This document shows positions 8,794 through 18,300 of a stretch of DNA of 45,599 nt, piece after piece. The position numbers were made by a program, and so were the translations under genes. Source of the stretch: a virus (Duplodnaviria > Caudoviricetes). Every line of letters begins with the position of its first letter. Positions within the stretch are counted from its first letter, which is position 1. The notes below the pieces were generated by a model. The model was not told where the DNA came from, made no database searches, and saw only the letters and a list, made by a program, of their open reading frames with translations. Where the stretch lies: the IMG/VR virus record IMGVR_UViG_3300017911_001692, positions 1 through 45,599 of that record, one strand, 5' to 3'.

Positions 8794-9561
8794 ATGATAC
8801 ATGAAGAAACAGGCACAAAGGATCGGAAATTAAAGGTCTTGGATTTGTTCTCAGGCATCGGCGGTTTCAGCCTTGGCCTTGAGCGAACTGGCGGCTTCGA
8901 GACTGTCGCCTTCTGCGAGATTGAACCATTTCCACAAAAGGTACTCAGGAAGCATTGGCCTGACGTACCGATATATGAAGATGTAAAGGAATTAGACGGT
9001 GAGCAATTCAAAGGATCAGTTGACGTTATTACAGGAGGATTTCCCTGCCAGGACTTATCAGTGGCGGGAGCCCAGTCAGGCATTAACGGCGAGCGCAGCG
9101 GACTATGGAGTGAGATGGTCCGACTGGTTAGCGAGATACGACCCAGATACGTTATCGTGGAAAACGTCCCAAACCTGCTTGCTGGCGACCGGGGGTCTTG
9201 GTTCGGAAAGGTACTCGGAGACTTGGCCGAGATCGGGTATGACGCGGAATGGAATTGCATACCAGCTTCCTACGTTGGCTCCCCTCAACTCCGAGACAGA
9301 GTGTGGCTTGTTGCCTACCCCGATGAAGGGAAGAAAAGGACCAGGAGGTTCGAATGGGTGTCGAGCAGCAAAAGAGAAAATAGGCCGAGATTGGTATTAC
9401 CCAGAAGAAGCAGAAATTCTGATGGGATACCCGACTGGATGGACAGAGTTGGAGCTTGTGGAAACTCCGTAGTACCACAGATACCCGAAATGATTGGTTA
9501 CGCCCTGCTCTCTCATGCAGCACCTACAGAAATTCCTATACCTACAGCAAAGGTAGAATAA
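8794..9561 (+). CDS. DNA (cytosine-5) methyltransferase, large subunit lacking motif IX
   Basis: DLFSGIGG (I), GGFPCQD (IV), VENV (VI), QLRDRVW (VIII), CGNSVVP (X); very short variable region. Confidence 0.9.
   Translation: MIHEETGTKDRKLKVLDLFSGIGGFSLGLERTGGFETVAFCEIEPFPQKVLRKHWPDVPIYEDVKELDGEQFKGSVDVITGGFPCQDLSVAGAQSGINGERSGLWSEMVRLVSEIRPRYVIVENVPNLLAGDRGSWFGKVLGDLAEIGYDAEWNCIPASYVGSPQLRDRVWLVAYPDEGKKRTRRFEWVSSSKRENRPRLVLPRRSRNSDGIPDWMDRVGACGNSVVPQIPEMIGYALLSHAAPTEIPIPTAKVE
8999..9472 (+). CDS. Nested alternative-frame protein, probable small subunit of the C5 methyltransferase
   Basis: 157-codon ORF inside the MTase gene; AAGGA before GTG; LLPTP and motif-IX-like YPEEAEILMGYPTGWT. Confidence 0.7.
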   Translation: MSNSKDQLTLLQEDFPARTYQWREPSQALTASAADYGVRWSDWLARYDPDTLSWKTSQTCLLATGGLGSERYSETWPRSGMTRNGIAYQLPTLAPLNSETECGLLPTPMKGRKGPGGSNGCRAAKEKIGRDWYYPEEAEILMGYPTGWTELELVETP

Positions 9562-9649
9562 CACAGAAATTACAGCACTCCTGCACCCCTACTACACCTA
9601 GACGCATAGAGCATTCCTGTAAGTCCTACCAAATTATACATTATGCGCG
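9562..9649 (+). repeat. Cassette trailer repeat, copy 1 (88 bp)
   Basis: Ungapped match to 10312-10399 with 7 mismatches in 88 bp by manual count. Confidence 0.92.
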
Positions 9650-9704
9650 TTATGGTTAATATCAAGGAATATCAATGAGTTATACAGAGAACACCAGTGG
9701 CTTT

Positions 9705-9764
9705 CGGGGATATGTGGACAGAGTATCCACACTACATTTAGGGGGTCTGAGTTCGATTATTACG
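9705..9764 (+). repeat. Cassette leader repeat, copy 2
   Basis: cggggata-N13-tccacactacattt-N7-ctgagt-N6-attacg. Confidence 0.8.
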
Positions 9765-9783
9765 TTAGAAAGGAAAGAAAATT

Positions 9784-10302
9784 ATGAGTGACATCCCACA
9801 AAAAGCATTGAGCGTTCGCCAGCCTTGGGCGTGGGCTATCCTCAACGGAAAAGATATTGAAAACCGCAGCATCGCCGCCGTTCGCCATGGCATGAAAACA
9901 GGACGGATCGCTCTACACGCATCCAAAGGCATGACGCAGGACGAATACGAGTCCGCCAGAGACTTCATGGAGTCTATCGGGATATCATGCCCCCGCCCAG
10001 ACGAGTTAATCCGTGGCGCTATTATCGGCGTTGTCACTGTCACAGAAATTGTGGCAGAGCATAAAAGCCCATGGTTTTTTGGCCCACGAGGTTTGGTATT
10101 GTCCGATCAGGTTGAAGTTTCCCCCATCCCAGCACAAGGTGCTTTAGGCTATTTTGACTGGAATTTGGGCAGCGAAATAGACGGCCCCAAGCCATGGATG
10201 ATTGCATGGCCGGAAACAGCAAAGCGAAAATCAAAAGTGACACCTATTGCTAAACCTGAACCAATGCCCCTTTTTACAGCAGCCACAGGAGTTCCTACCT
10301 AA
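9784..10302 (+). CDS. ASCH domain protein
   Basis: KALSVRQPWAWAILNG-KDIENRS...GRIALHASK...GAIIG...GALGYF. Confidence 0.88.
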   Translation: MSDIPQKALSVRQPWAWAILNGKDIENRSIAAVRHGMKTGRIALHASKGMTQDEYESARDFMESIGISCPRPDELIRGAIIGVVTVTEIVAEHKSPWFFGPRGLVLSDQVEVSPIPAQGALGYFDWNLGSEIDGPKPWMIAWPETAKRKSKVTPIAKPEPMPLFTAATGVPT

Positions 10303-10311
10303 CCTAGAAAC

Positions 10312-10399
10312 CACAGAAATCACAGCATTCCTCCAACCCTACTACACCTAGACACATAGAGCATTCCTGTAAGTCCTACCAAGATATACATTATGCGCG
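10312..10399 (+). repeat. Cassette trailer repeat, copy 2
   Basis: cacagaaatcacagcattcc...tacattatgcgcg, 750 bp downstream of copy 1. Confidence 0.92.
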
Positions 10400-10652
10400 A
10401 AATAACCGAGGCACCGTTAAAATGCCGGGTAATTTTATTTCGTCGGCACGGTAATATAATTACTTAGCCGGTTCCGTTAACCCTGTTTCTCGTGTCAAGC
10501 CCCATACTTATCCACAGCACATCTAGTAGGTCGCCTGGCAGCCTCTGGTAAAATTACTGTTAATTCTGATTGACGACTCGCCTGCCTGCAAGCCCTTATT
10601 CGCGGGCGTGGGAATGAGTGAGGGTGAGACATGTTACCGCCGACCGCAGGCT

Positions 10653-10781
10653 TTATCGCCGATCTGCAAGCGTGCCTAGATCACGCAAAGCCGTCATGGT
10701 CTTCGTGTTTTCCGTGCCCGCCTCGGCTTCGGCTTGTGAGGCGACTTGCGCTAAATCGGTTGATACTTTTGTCAGGGCCAT
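10653..10781 (-). pseudogene. 42-aa ORF, probable truncated tail-fibre gene remnant
   Basis: MALTKVSTDLAQVASQAEAEAGTENTKTMTALRDLGTLADRR; ASQAEAEAGT-N-K-MT-LR resembles a tail-fibre repeat. Confidence 0.5.
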
Positions 10782-10798
10782 GTGTCACAGTTTAATCC

Positions 10799-11188
10799 TT
10801 AATCTTTACCCAACCACAATGCGAACGACTTCCTAATCTCATTCAAGGCAGACAAGGCCGCCTTAATCTGATCGGCCCCCTGCTGAGGATTTTTAATCCA
10901 CTGAGCAATTTCAATCCCGGCAATCGCCACGACGACAATGGCTAGGCGGATGGCCCATTCGTTGAGCGCAGTCTCACGCAGAATAAAGGCCGCGCCCATC
11001 CCGAAAAGGATGCCGGTCGTCACGGCCCAGAGCTTCTCATGAAGCGTGCTGTTCAGCGTCATGGCGCCCCATCCCCCGACAAGCGCCATCAGGAAGTCAA
11101 TCACCAATATTTGTATTGGTGGGAATGGCGTGGCAACTGATATGGCTGTCACCGCGCTCCATATAACAAAGTCCCCGTCCGGCCTCAT
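10799..11188 (-). CDS. Multi-TM membrane protein, holin/antiholin candidate
   Basis: Several hydrophobic helices; ATG 11188 coupled to the upstream stop; lysis-cluster position. Confidence 0.6.
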   Translation of the reverse strand: MRPDGDFVIWSAVTAISVATPFPPIQILVIDFLMALVGGWGAMTLNSTLHEKLWAVTTGILFGMGAAFILRETALNEWAIRLAIVVVAIAGIEIAQWIKNPQQGADQIKAALSALNEIRKSFALWLGKD

Positions 11189-11592
11189 AACGTTTTCGAT
11201 CTCACTACGCTGTCCAAATGATAAAAGTTTACGGCTGTAATCACGATATAATGCGCAACACAAAACAGAAACAGGCCTTCCTGGTAAGCCCAAGCGCCCT
11301 CAGAAAACCACAGGAAGTGGGCAGCGAATTGCCACAAAGCCGCAAGCGTGCTGACCCATGGCGCTAAATAGGCGATCTCGAAACTGGTCTGCCGTTTAGT
11401 GGACGCGGTGAAAGAAAATAAGCACCCTTCCCACGCGCCCCTTAATAGGCTTCTGACGCCGTGCCTGCCCTGCTCAGATCTGGCCAATACCGCCCGCGTG
11501 GCCGCATACCCCGTGGCAATATTGGTCAGATAGCCCACTAGGATGGTGGCCGAGAACAGAAACCGGGCAAGTGTTTCGGCGTCATACATCAT
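11185..11592 (-). CDS. Membrane protein in lysis cluster
   Basis: About 3 TM segments; ATGA-coupled at both ends. Confidence 0.6.
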   Translation of the reverse strand: MMYDAETLARFLFSATILVGYLTNIATGYAATRAVLARSEQGRHGVRSLLRGAWEGCLFSFTASTKRQTSFEIAYLAPWVSTLAALWQFAAHFLWFSEGAWAYQEGLFLFCVAHYIVITAVNFYHLDSVVRSKTL

Positions 11593-11981
11593 ATCGCTGG
11601 CAAAGCGCCGCGCACTTTTGATGCGCTGCGATCCCCGAACCACCAGCCGACCGCAATCGATGCCAGCGTCGTAATCTCACTTTCGCCTGTCGCCACACCA
11701 GCCGCCACAAGCGCAATCGTCAGAGCCGGGCGCACCATGGCACGCACATCCTGCACCCATGGCGAATTGCCTTGGATCGACTTGTCGTGCTCCAAGCTGG
11801 TGGCCAAGCCTTTCCATGTCTCAAGGTCAAGCTGTTGTGAGTGCAGCAGCTTCGATGTTTCGCGCTGTTCTTTCATCAGCGCGATCTCGTGTTTGCGCTC
11901 CTCCTTCTTTGTCCAGAAGTCAAAGCCGCGATTAACTAGGCTTCCAACAAAGCCGCCTACGGCGCCCATTGCTTCAATCAT
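11589..11981 (-). CDS. Holin-like protein (3TM / GTA-release holin type)
   Basis: SPWVQDVRAMVRPALT...AVGWWFGDRS; directly downstream of the endolysin. Confidence 0.7.
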   Translation of the reverse strand: MIEAMGAVGGFVGSLVNRGFDFWTKKEERKHEIALMKEQRETSKLLHSQQLDLETWKGLATSLEHDKSIQGNSPWVQDVRAMVRPALTIALVAAGVATGESEITTLASIAVGWWFGDRSASKVRGALPAI

Positions 11982-11997
11982 AGTACCAGTCCTTTCA

Positions 11998-12375
11998 TCA
12001 ATACCCCCAGCATGCCGGACGCTTTCCCGCGTCGTTATAGGTTTCGTTCATATCGAGATGAACAAAATTGCGATGCACGCCGATGCCATAAAAGCCCATC
12101 TCAAAAGCATGCTTCAGGAGCCTGTAACGATCACTGACAAGAACGTCAGCCGCCCAGCCGCCTGTGTGGTTTCCCTTGCCGCCTATGCGCCTGTCATGGT
12201 CTGGCGTGCGATACCAGCTAGTCACATGGATCGGTGCGCCATATACTTTACGCAGCGCATCCATCTTCTGACCAAAAGGCAGATATAGCTTGACTTCGCC
12301 CGTCTCAGTGTCAGCGACTTCGTCCGGCGAAAAGTAGCGCAGTGGCCAGTTATCTCTTGAGGTTATTATGGTCAT
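11998..12375 (-). CDS. Endolysin, peptidase M15 family
   Basis: YFSPDE, VTSWYR, HTGGWAAD, GIGV...FVHLD Zn-peptidase motifs. Confidence 0.88.
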   Translation of the reverse strand: MTIITSRDNWPLRYFSPDEVADTETGEVKLYLPFGQKMDALRKVYGAPIHVTSWYRTPDHDRRIGGKGNHTGGWAADVLVSDRYRLLKHAFEMGFYGIGVHRNFVHLDMNETYNDAGKRPACWGY

Positions 12376-12385
12376 GATAAAATTA

Positions 12386-15247
12386 TTAATCCAACTGCTC
12401 TGTAATTGGCTCCACTATAAACTGGTAAATGGCCACCGCATCTGCGGCGTTTGCGCATTGCGCCTCGACAGATATGGTCGTGTCGCTCTGCATCCCTGTT
12501 GCAATCAAAGACAAACTTTGAGCGTCTACGGTTGTCCCGTTATAAGCAACAGACGAAGCGTGAACAGCATCTGTCGAAGTTCTTACATTTAATGTAGACT
12601 CTATTCGCCAAGCGCCCGTGTCTGATGCGCCGTAATTAACTTGAGCCAATGACGTTGACCCCAGTTTTAGAGTGACAGTTTTCGTTGATGCGGTGCCAGA
12701 TCTAGCGCCTGCCGCCGTGACCCGGAAACCGCGAATAACACTTGTAGTCCCTTTAATATTGGCGCTTTTCAGCGTCGTGACAGAAGTCCCGCTAGTCTGA
12801 GCGTAGCCAGCCCAGCACATTCGCCCTTTGCGAGCCTCATGCTCAATATAGCCTGTGTTATTATATATATGGGCGTTTGCAGATTGCGCCGTTTGTTGCT
12901 GAAACCGGTCCCGCGAAGTATAGCCACCCTCAGTACCAAACTCGTTATCATGAACATACAGAACATCCACACCCGCCGTCGCATAAACGCTTTGGTAGGT
13001 TGCGTTTGTTGCTGGGATACGGCACCCACTCACCCTGTGGCGTTCTCCTACAATTTGGACACCGTTCTTGTGCTGGCTCAATACGTGGCAATTAATTGCC
13101 TCGCAATCATCGCCATAACCAAGCAAGATGGCCTCGGTCGACGAGCTGTCTGACGCAGACCCGGAGTCAATAATATAGCAACGCTCAAATCGCCCCCGAA
13201 AAATCTTGGTAAGCGAAAACCGCCCCCAACCGTCAAGTGTGCAGGTAATGTTTCGGAATATATTGTCCGCGCCGTTATTATTGCTAAGTCCGATCCTGTT
13301 CAAACTTGAATTAGCCGCAAAGCGTGTCCCGTGAATATTCTCCACAAGAAGATTGTTTTGCCATTCAGCAAAATCAAGAAACCCCGCTTCAAACCGCCCC
13401 TGTATATTTCTGAATGTACTATGCGCCAGCCCGTTAGACCCGACTAATGTAGATGCGTCATCCATCCATATATTTTCGTAATGTTGGTTAACGCCGCAAG
13501 CAAATATAGCGTACCAGCCAGAACTAAGCCCAGTTGATTGGGTGACACGTAAATTTAATGCGCCGCAGTTCTTATTAGCAAACAGCGGGTCGCCGTCATA
13601 ACCATTAATGTTCCCAGAGATTGCACGTATTGTGGGCCGCGCCCCACCAGTCGAGGCCAAGCTATCTGGCAGCGCGTACCGCAGTGTAATTACACCAGAG
13701 CTGACCGTCTCTACCTCGTTGAGGTTTAGGTACTTTTCGTGTGTACCAGCTGGCGCTGACCACGTTTCAAAGCTGGCAATCGCGACAATATCACCGACCG
13801 CAAAATTAGTATCTTGGCTTGCTGTGATTAGAGTAACGGATTTATCGCCCGCCGCGACTGTATCAATATCATAACCCGTTTCGTCGAATAAGCTGTTTGC
13901 ATTTCCGGGGTCGCCAAGGTTGCCTGTAATAAGTGTGCATTTTGCAAAGCCGCTTAACGCTTCGTTACGGACGTGAGACGCGTACCCATCTCCAACCAAG
14001 AAAACATTACTTTTTATAATAATATTGTCTAGTGTTTTGTATATCCCCTTTGGGACTCGCACCACGCCGCCGCCAGCCAGATTTGCAGCATCAATGGCCC
14101 GCTGTATATTTGATGTGTCGTTTGTTGTGCCATCGCCGACAGCGCCGTACCATTTGACATCATAGGCGCCGTTAAAGATCCTATTCCAAGATCCGCTCGC
14201 GCCCGTCTTATCCGCTGCTGGCGCAATCCAGACTCCCCCATCGCCTTGCGACGCAGTAACTTCATCAGCCGAAACGCTCGAAGATTGGTCGCCAGACACC
14301 CAACGGAAAAGGCCTCCGCCGCCATCGCCAGCGGTTGCCCTGCCCTTCATTTGCACGGCCTCATTTACGCCGCCCGTGAGCGCCTGCAGCTCAGCCAGCG
14401 TATCAACTAAACCGATCTCATTAGCCGCCGCCGCAGCACTGGCGGCACTTGCAACAGCTATGGCCTCGCTGGCCGCCGCATTCGTCTCAGACGCAGCCGC
14501 CGCCGTAGCGCTCGCCGCCGCCGCATCAGCCGTCCCAACTGTCAAGACAACAAGCTCGATATTAACGCCCGAACCTGGCGCTGTGTCGAATGTGATGTTT
14601 GAGCCAGAGACAGACCAGTTTGCATTGTCCTGGTTTACACCGTCAAGATAGGCAAACACGACATCAGCCGTCCATGGCGCAGATGGCAGGGCAAAGGTGA
14701 CTGTGGAACCGTCGCCCGTATAGCTATTGCGCTTCACACCCGCCGCCGCCTGACTGGCGACAGTCTCAATGTCCGAAATGTTACTGGCCAGCGTGACAAT
14801 ATCGGCGCTGTCAAGTGTCGTTGATGTGCCGGACTCGTCAGACACCGGTATTTTCAGAGAGCGGTCAAACGCCTCTTTCAGTTCCAGAACCATCATGGTC
14901 AACTTATCAAAAGCATCCTCATGATTTTCTGACAAGAATGACCCTTGATTGGTGAAGTCAAACGACTGCAGCATGGGAATGCGCCGTGTGATCGTCAGCT
15001 TCTCGCCGCTTGCCAATGCCGTGCCACCAGCCGCCGGATAGGTAACCGTGCCGCCTGCCTCGCCATTGATCGTGACAGAATAATTGATTGAGCCACTGCC
15101 TTCCGAAAGCGTGCTCTCATTGCCATCCGCGTCGGTCTTGACGACCTCGATATCCGTCGTGGCAAATATCCTAAACGTGAATGGGAAGGCCGTGGTGGCG
15201 CCATTGCCGTTAAGTATCACTCGGCTCTGTTCGGATGCTACGGTCAT
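12386..15247 (-). CDS. Tail fibre / tailspike with beta-helix (pectate-lyase-like) depolymerase domain
   Basis: Podovirus anchor N-terminus (NGNGATTAFPFTF), GDGGGGLFRW head, VKWYGAVGDGTTNDT..IQRAIDAA beta-helix start. Confidence 0.88.
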   Translation of the reverse strand: MTVASEQSRVILNGNGATTAFPFTFRIFATTDIEVVKTDADGNESTLSEGSGSINYSVTINGEAGGTVTYPAAGGTALASGEKLTITRRIPMLQSFDFTNQGSFLSENHEDAFDKLTMMVLELKEAFDRSLKIPVSDESGTSTTLDSADIVTLASNISDIETVASQAAAGVKRNSYTGDGSTVTFALPSAPWTADVVFAYLDGVNQDNANWSVSGSNITFDTAPGSGVNIELVVLTVGTADAAAASATAAAASETNAAASEAIAVASAASAAAAANEIGLVDTLAELQALTGGVNEAVQMKGRATAGDGGGGLFRWVSGDQSSSVSADEVTASQGDGGVWIAPAADKTGASGSWNRIFNGAYDVKWYGAVGDGTTNDTSNIQRAIDAANLAGGGVVRVPKGIYKTLDNIIIKSNVFLVGDGYASHVRNEALSGFAKCTLITGNLGDPGNANSLFDETGYDIDTVAAGDKSVTLITASQDTNFAVGDIVAIASFETWSAPAGTHEKYLNLNEVETVSSGVITLRYALPDSLASTGGARPTIRAISGNINGYDGDPLFANKNCGALNLRVTQSTGLSSGWYAIFACGVNQHYENIWMDDASTLVGSNGLAHSTFRNIQGRFEAGFLDFAEWQNNLLVENIHGTRFAANSSLNRIGLSNNNGADNIFRNITCTLDGWGRFSLTKIFRGRFERCYIIDSGSASDSSSTEAILLGYGDDCEAINCHVLSQHKNGVQIVGERHRVSGCRIPATNATYQSVYATAGVDVLYVHDNEFGTEGGYTSRDRFQQQTAQSANAHIYNNTGYIEHEARKGRMCWAGYAQTSGTSVTTLKSANIKGTTSVIRGFRVTAAGARSGTASTKTVTLKLGSTSLAQVNYGASDTGAWRIESTLNVRTSTDAVHASSVAYNGTTVDAQSLSLIATGMQSDTTISVEAQCANAADAVAIYQFIVEPITEQLD

Positions 15248-15311
15248 GTGTGTCCTGCTGTGTCAATCTGGTGTTGCGGTTATACCATGGTGTTGCGATA
15301 ATGTCACGGGC

Positions 15312-18300
15312 CTAGTTATCATCATCAGGCCCCGTGATCAGTGCCTCGATGATTGTCGGATCGTCATCTTTCAGAAGCGTGCGTTCGAGCTTGTTAAGCT
15401 GTACCGTGCCCGGTACACCCGCTGCAAATCCAAGCGCCTCAAAAGTTCTCAGCAGCGCCTTGCCCGCCTGCTCGCCATCAAGTTCACCGTCTTCGAAAAA
15501 TGTCTCGCCTGTCTTGTAGTAAGCGTCAGCCGCTTCGACGACGCTTGTGCCTGCAGAGAAAGCCGCCGGGCGTGCATCATACCGAGAGAAGAACGTGCCA
15601 GCCCCAGGAAGGACACCGATAGAGTTTCGCCACATCATCTTGAGCCAGTTGACGACATACGGATCTTCTTCGTCTCCAAACCCGTTGCGCAACAGGGCCT
15701 CAATCGCTGAGGAAATAACAACGCTCATGGCAATAAACTTGACCATGGCCAGTGTCTTGCGCTTTGCCCCTTCTTGGCCCAGCTCGGCGCGTGTGTTGCC
15801 ATAGACGCTCGACACGTAGCCCCACATAAAGGTGACAAGGCGCTCCATCTCATTACCGCCCTGCAGGACGCTCTGATCCATCTCAAGCCCGGAGCCCTGC
15901 GTGGTGGACACGGCCCTGTCCGCTTCTGCGACTGCGACCGCCTCGCTCTTGCCTTCCATGATTGCCTGTTCATAGACGCCCATCCACAATGGCCCCGACA
16001 CTGTTGCTTTTTCTATCGACGCCATTAACCAGAAACCGCTACCCTGAAAACGTGAATACGCGGAACTAAATGGCTGTTTCGTAATGCGCTCGTGAGCCTC
16101 CCGGTTGATGTTCTGCGTCCGCTCACGCATAAAGGAAGACTTTTCGTTTATGAGCTTGTTTGCTCTCACGACATTGCCGTAATAGCTTACCATGCCGCGC
16201 CCGACCGTGATGGCGCTGTAACGCGTCAGGACAGTCTGTGTGTATGATATGGGCGCCAGCACCGCCGTCACCACATTGTTACCGAGGATCGCCACGGTGG
16301 CGTTTACCCGCGCCCCGCGCAGCAGCTTCTCGACATCAGATGTCGGCGGTTGCGTGCCCGCAGCCGTGCGCTTGAGCATGGTCTCCATTGCCTTGAGATA
16401 TGCCCCGCCAAATGTGCTTTCGACAGCGTTCGCGAATTGCTCACGCTTGAGCACATCCCATATCTGTGTGATCGGCTCACGCAGATAGATGTCTGTCGTG
16501 GCTTCCTGGAAATGCTCCATGGCCACACTAAGCGAGAGATGCAGTGGGCGCTCACTATTGGCTTCCCGCTCTTTCAGGAAACCCTGTTTCGTTTGCGCCT
16601 TGGAAGCCACACCTGCCACACGCTGCGCCCACATTTCCTTAGCATTCTTTTCCGTGATGTCGCGGTTTAACTCAGGGTCATAGCGCAGAGGATAGTAACC
16701 GCCCGCATAGGTGCCGTGTGATGTGACCAGTGCCGTAGGGTCGACACGCTTCGGCGTGACGCCTGTCAGTTTGCGTTCCTGCTCGAAGGCAGGAGCGCGC
16801 AGCGTGTCGATCAGCGCCCAGATTTCCTGAGCCGCATCAAAGTGGCGCTTCTCAAGGTGTTGCTCCAGCAACGCAATCAAGTCTTCTTTTTTATCGATTG
16901 CAATCATGCGATCACCCAGAAGCCGCGACACGTTGCCGTCAGAGCCCATATTAAGCAGCACGGCCAGCAGGGCCTCAAACTTGACATCGCCCACTGGCGT
17001 CAACTCAGGGACCGACACAACCCGGTGCAGCTCCGACTGTGTGATATTGTGGCGTTCCAATATCTCGACATATTGCCGGTCAAGGTCGGCCATGTGCTTA
17101 TTACGCTGGCCCATGGCCATACGCAGCTTGATGTCGAAAAAGTCAATCAGCTTGCCCTTTTTGCCGCCCTGCCACATCTCGGCAATAAACGGTATACGCA
17201 TGACCTCCGCATCCTTGCGGCGCACCCAGTCGCGGATTTTCTCGCCACGTGTCTTGACTGTACGCTGGCCACCCATGCGCTTGAGATTGCGCGATCCCCA
17301 TGTCTTGACCACCTCGTCACCCAGCTCAGCGGCGACCTTGACCTTGGCCACCCTCGCCTCCTCGCTCATGTCGCGCCCGACCTTGGTCAGGTTTTTGACA
17401 TTGTCGCGATAGTCCCGCAGCTGGTCCATCGACATGTCACGCAGATCAGGGATCGGCTTATCGATACCAGAAAGCGACACTGGCTTGCCGTCAGCCTGCT
17501 GGGCTTTCTCGAAGGCCTGCAGCTGTGACAAAACCTCGGACTGTTGTGGCTGTCCGGGCAGGTTTAGTAACGCAATTATCTGCTCACGATACTTAGAAGC
17601 GATACGCTTTTCAGCGCCCTTTTTCTGCATAGATCTCTGTGAGCGCTTGAGATACGCCTTGACGCGCCGGACTTCGTCTTGCGCCTTGAAAGCACGCCTT
17701 GCCAGTTCATGCTGCAGCATGGCCTGGTGTGTCTCACGCAGGGCCTGATCCCATTTACCGTTTGCCGCAGACCTAATAGAGCGCTTGTGCAGATCACGCG
17801 CCTTGATCGCATAACGCCCCGGCTTGATGACATCCTTGATCGGCATGGTGCGAATGCGCCGCTCAGCCTCTTGCTTAAACACTTCCAGAGGGATCGGCTG
17901 TTTGCCCGCCTGCTGTGCAAGAACGTCGCGCTCAGCTTCCATCATCTTGATTGATGGCTCATTGAACACCGCCGCGATGGCCTCACGTTGCGCCGTGCCG
18001 TCATTCTCGATATCGCCAAAGCGCCGTTTCAGCTCTGCCTCGACTTCCGCCGCAATGGTTTCCTTGATCGGCCTCAGACCGATCAGAGCTGTCAGCATGG
18101 CATCGCCGGAAGTGAAGCCGTATTTGCTCGCCACAAAGTCGGGATGCGCCCCGCCCTTCTTATGCACGCCGCGCTTACTGCGTGGTATTTTTGCAACAGC
18201 GCTCTTGCCGCGCATTTGCTCGATCACTTTGGTGTCGATCTGTTCATCTGTCGTGGTCAGGGCGATGAAGGCGCGATAAGGCGGGCGTGCCTCGACATCG

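Noticed and set aside
8560-10400. Repeats as a CRISPR or TIGR-type guide array, or as true integron attC sites
   Set aside because: Only 2-3 copies separated by whole genes, no constant short period, no Nop-domain or integrase gene recognised, and no clear RYYYAAC...GTTRRRY boxes
10545-10580. Possible CtrA box (TTAA-N7-TTAA) pointing to an alphaproteobacterial host
   Set aside because: Only one good half-site and the spacing does not fit; too weak to report
14420-14530. GCC/GCA-rich low-complexity repeat
   Set aside because: Encodes the ordinary Ala/Ser-rich linker of the tail fibre
12386-15247. BPP-1-type diversity-generating retroelement acting on the tail fibre
   Set aside because: No reverse transcriptase ORF and no adenine-mismatched TR/VR pair seen; the 88-bp repeat pair differs at mixed bases and is non-coding
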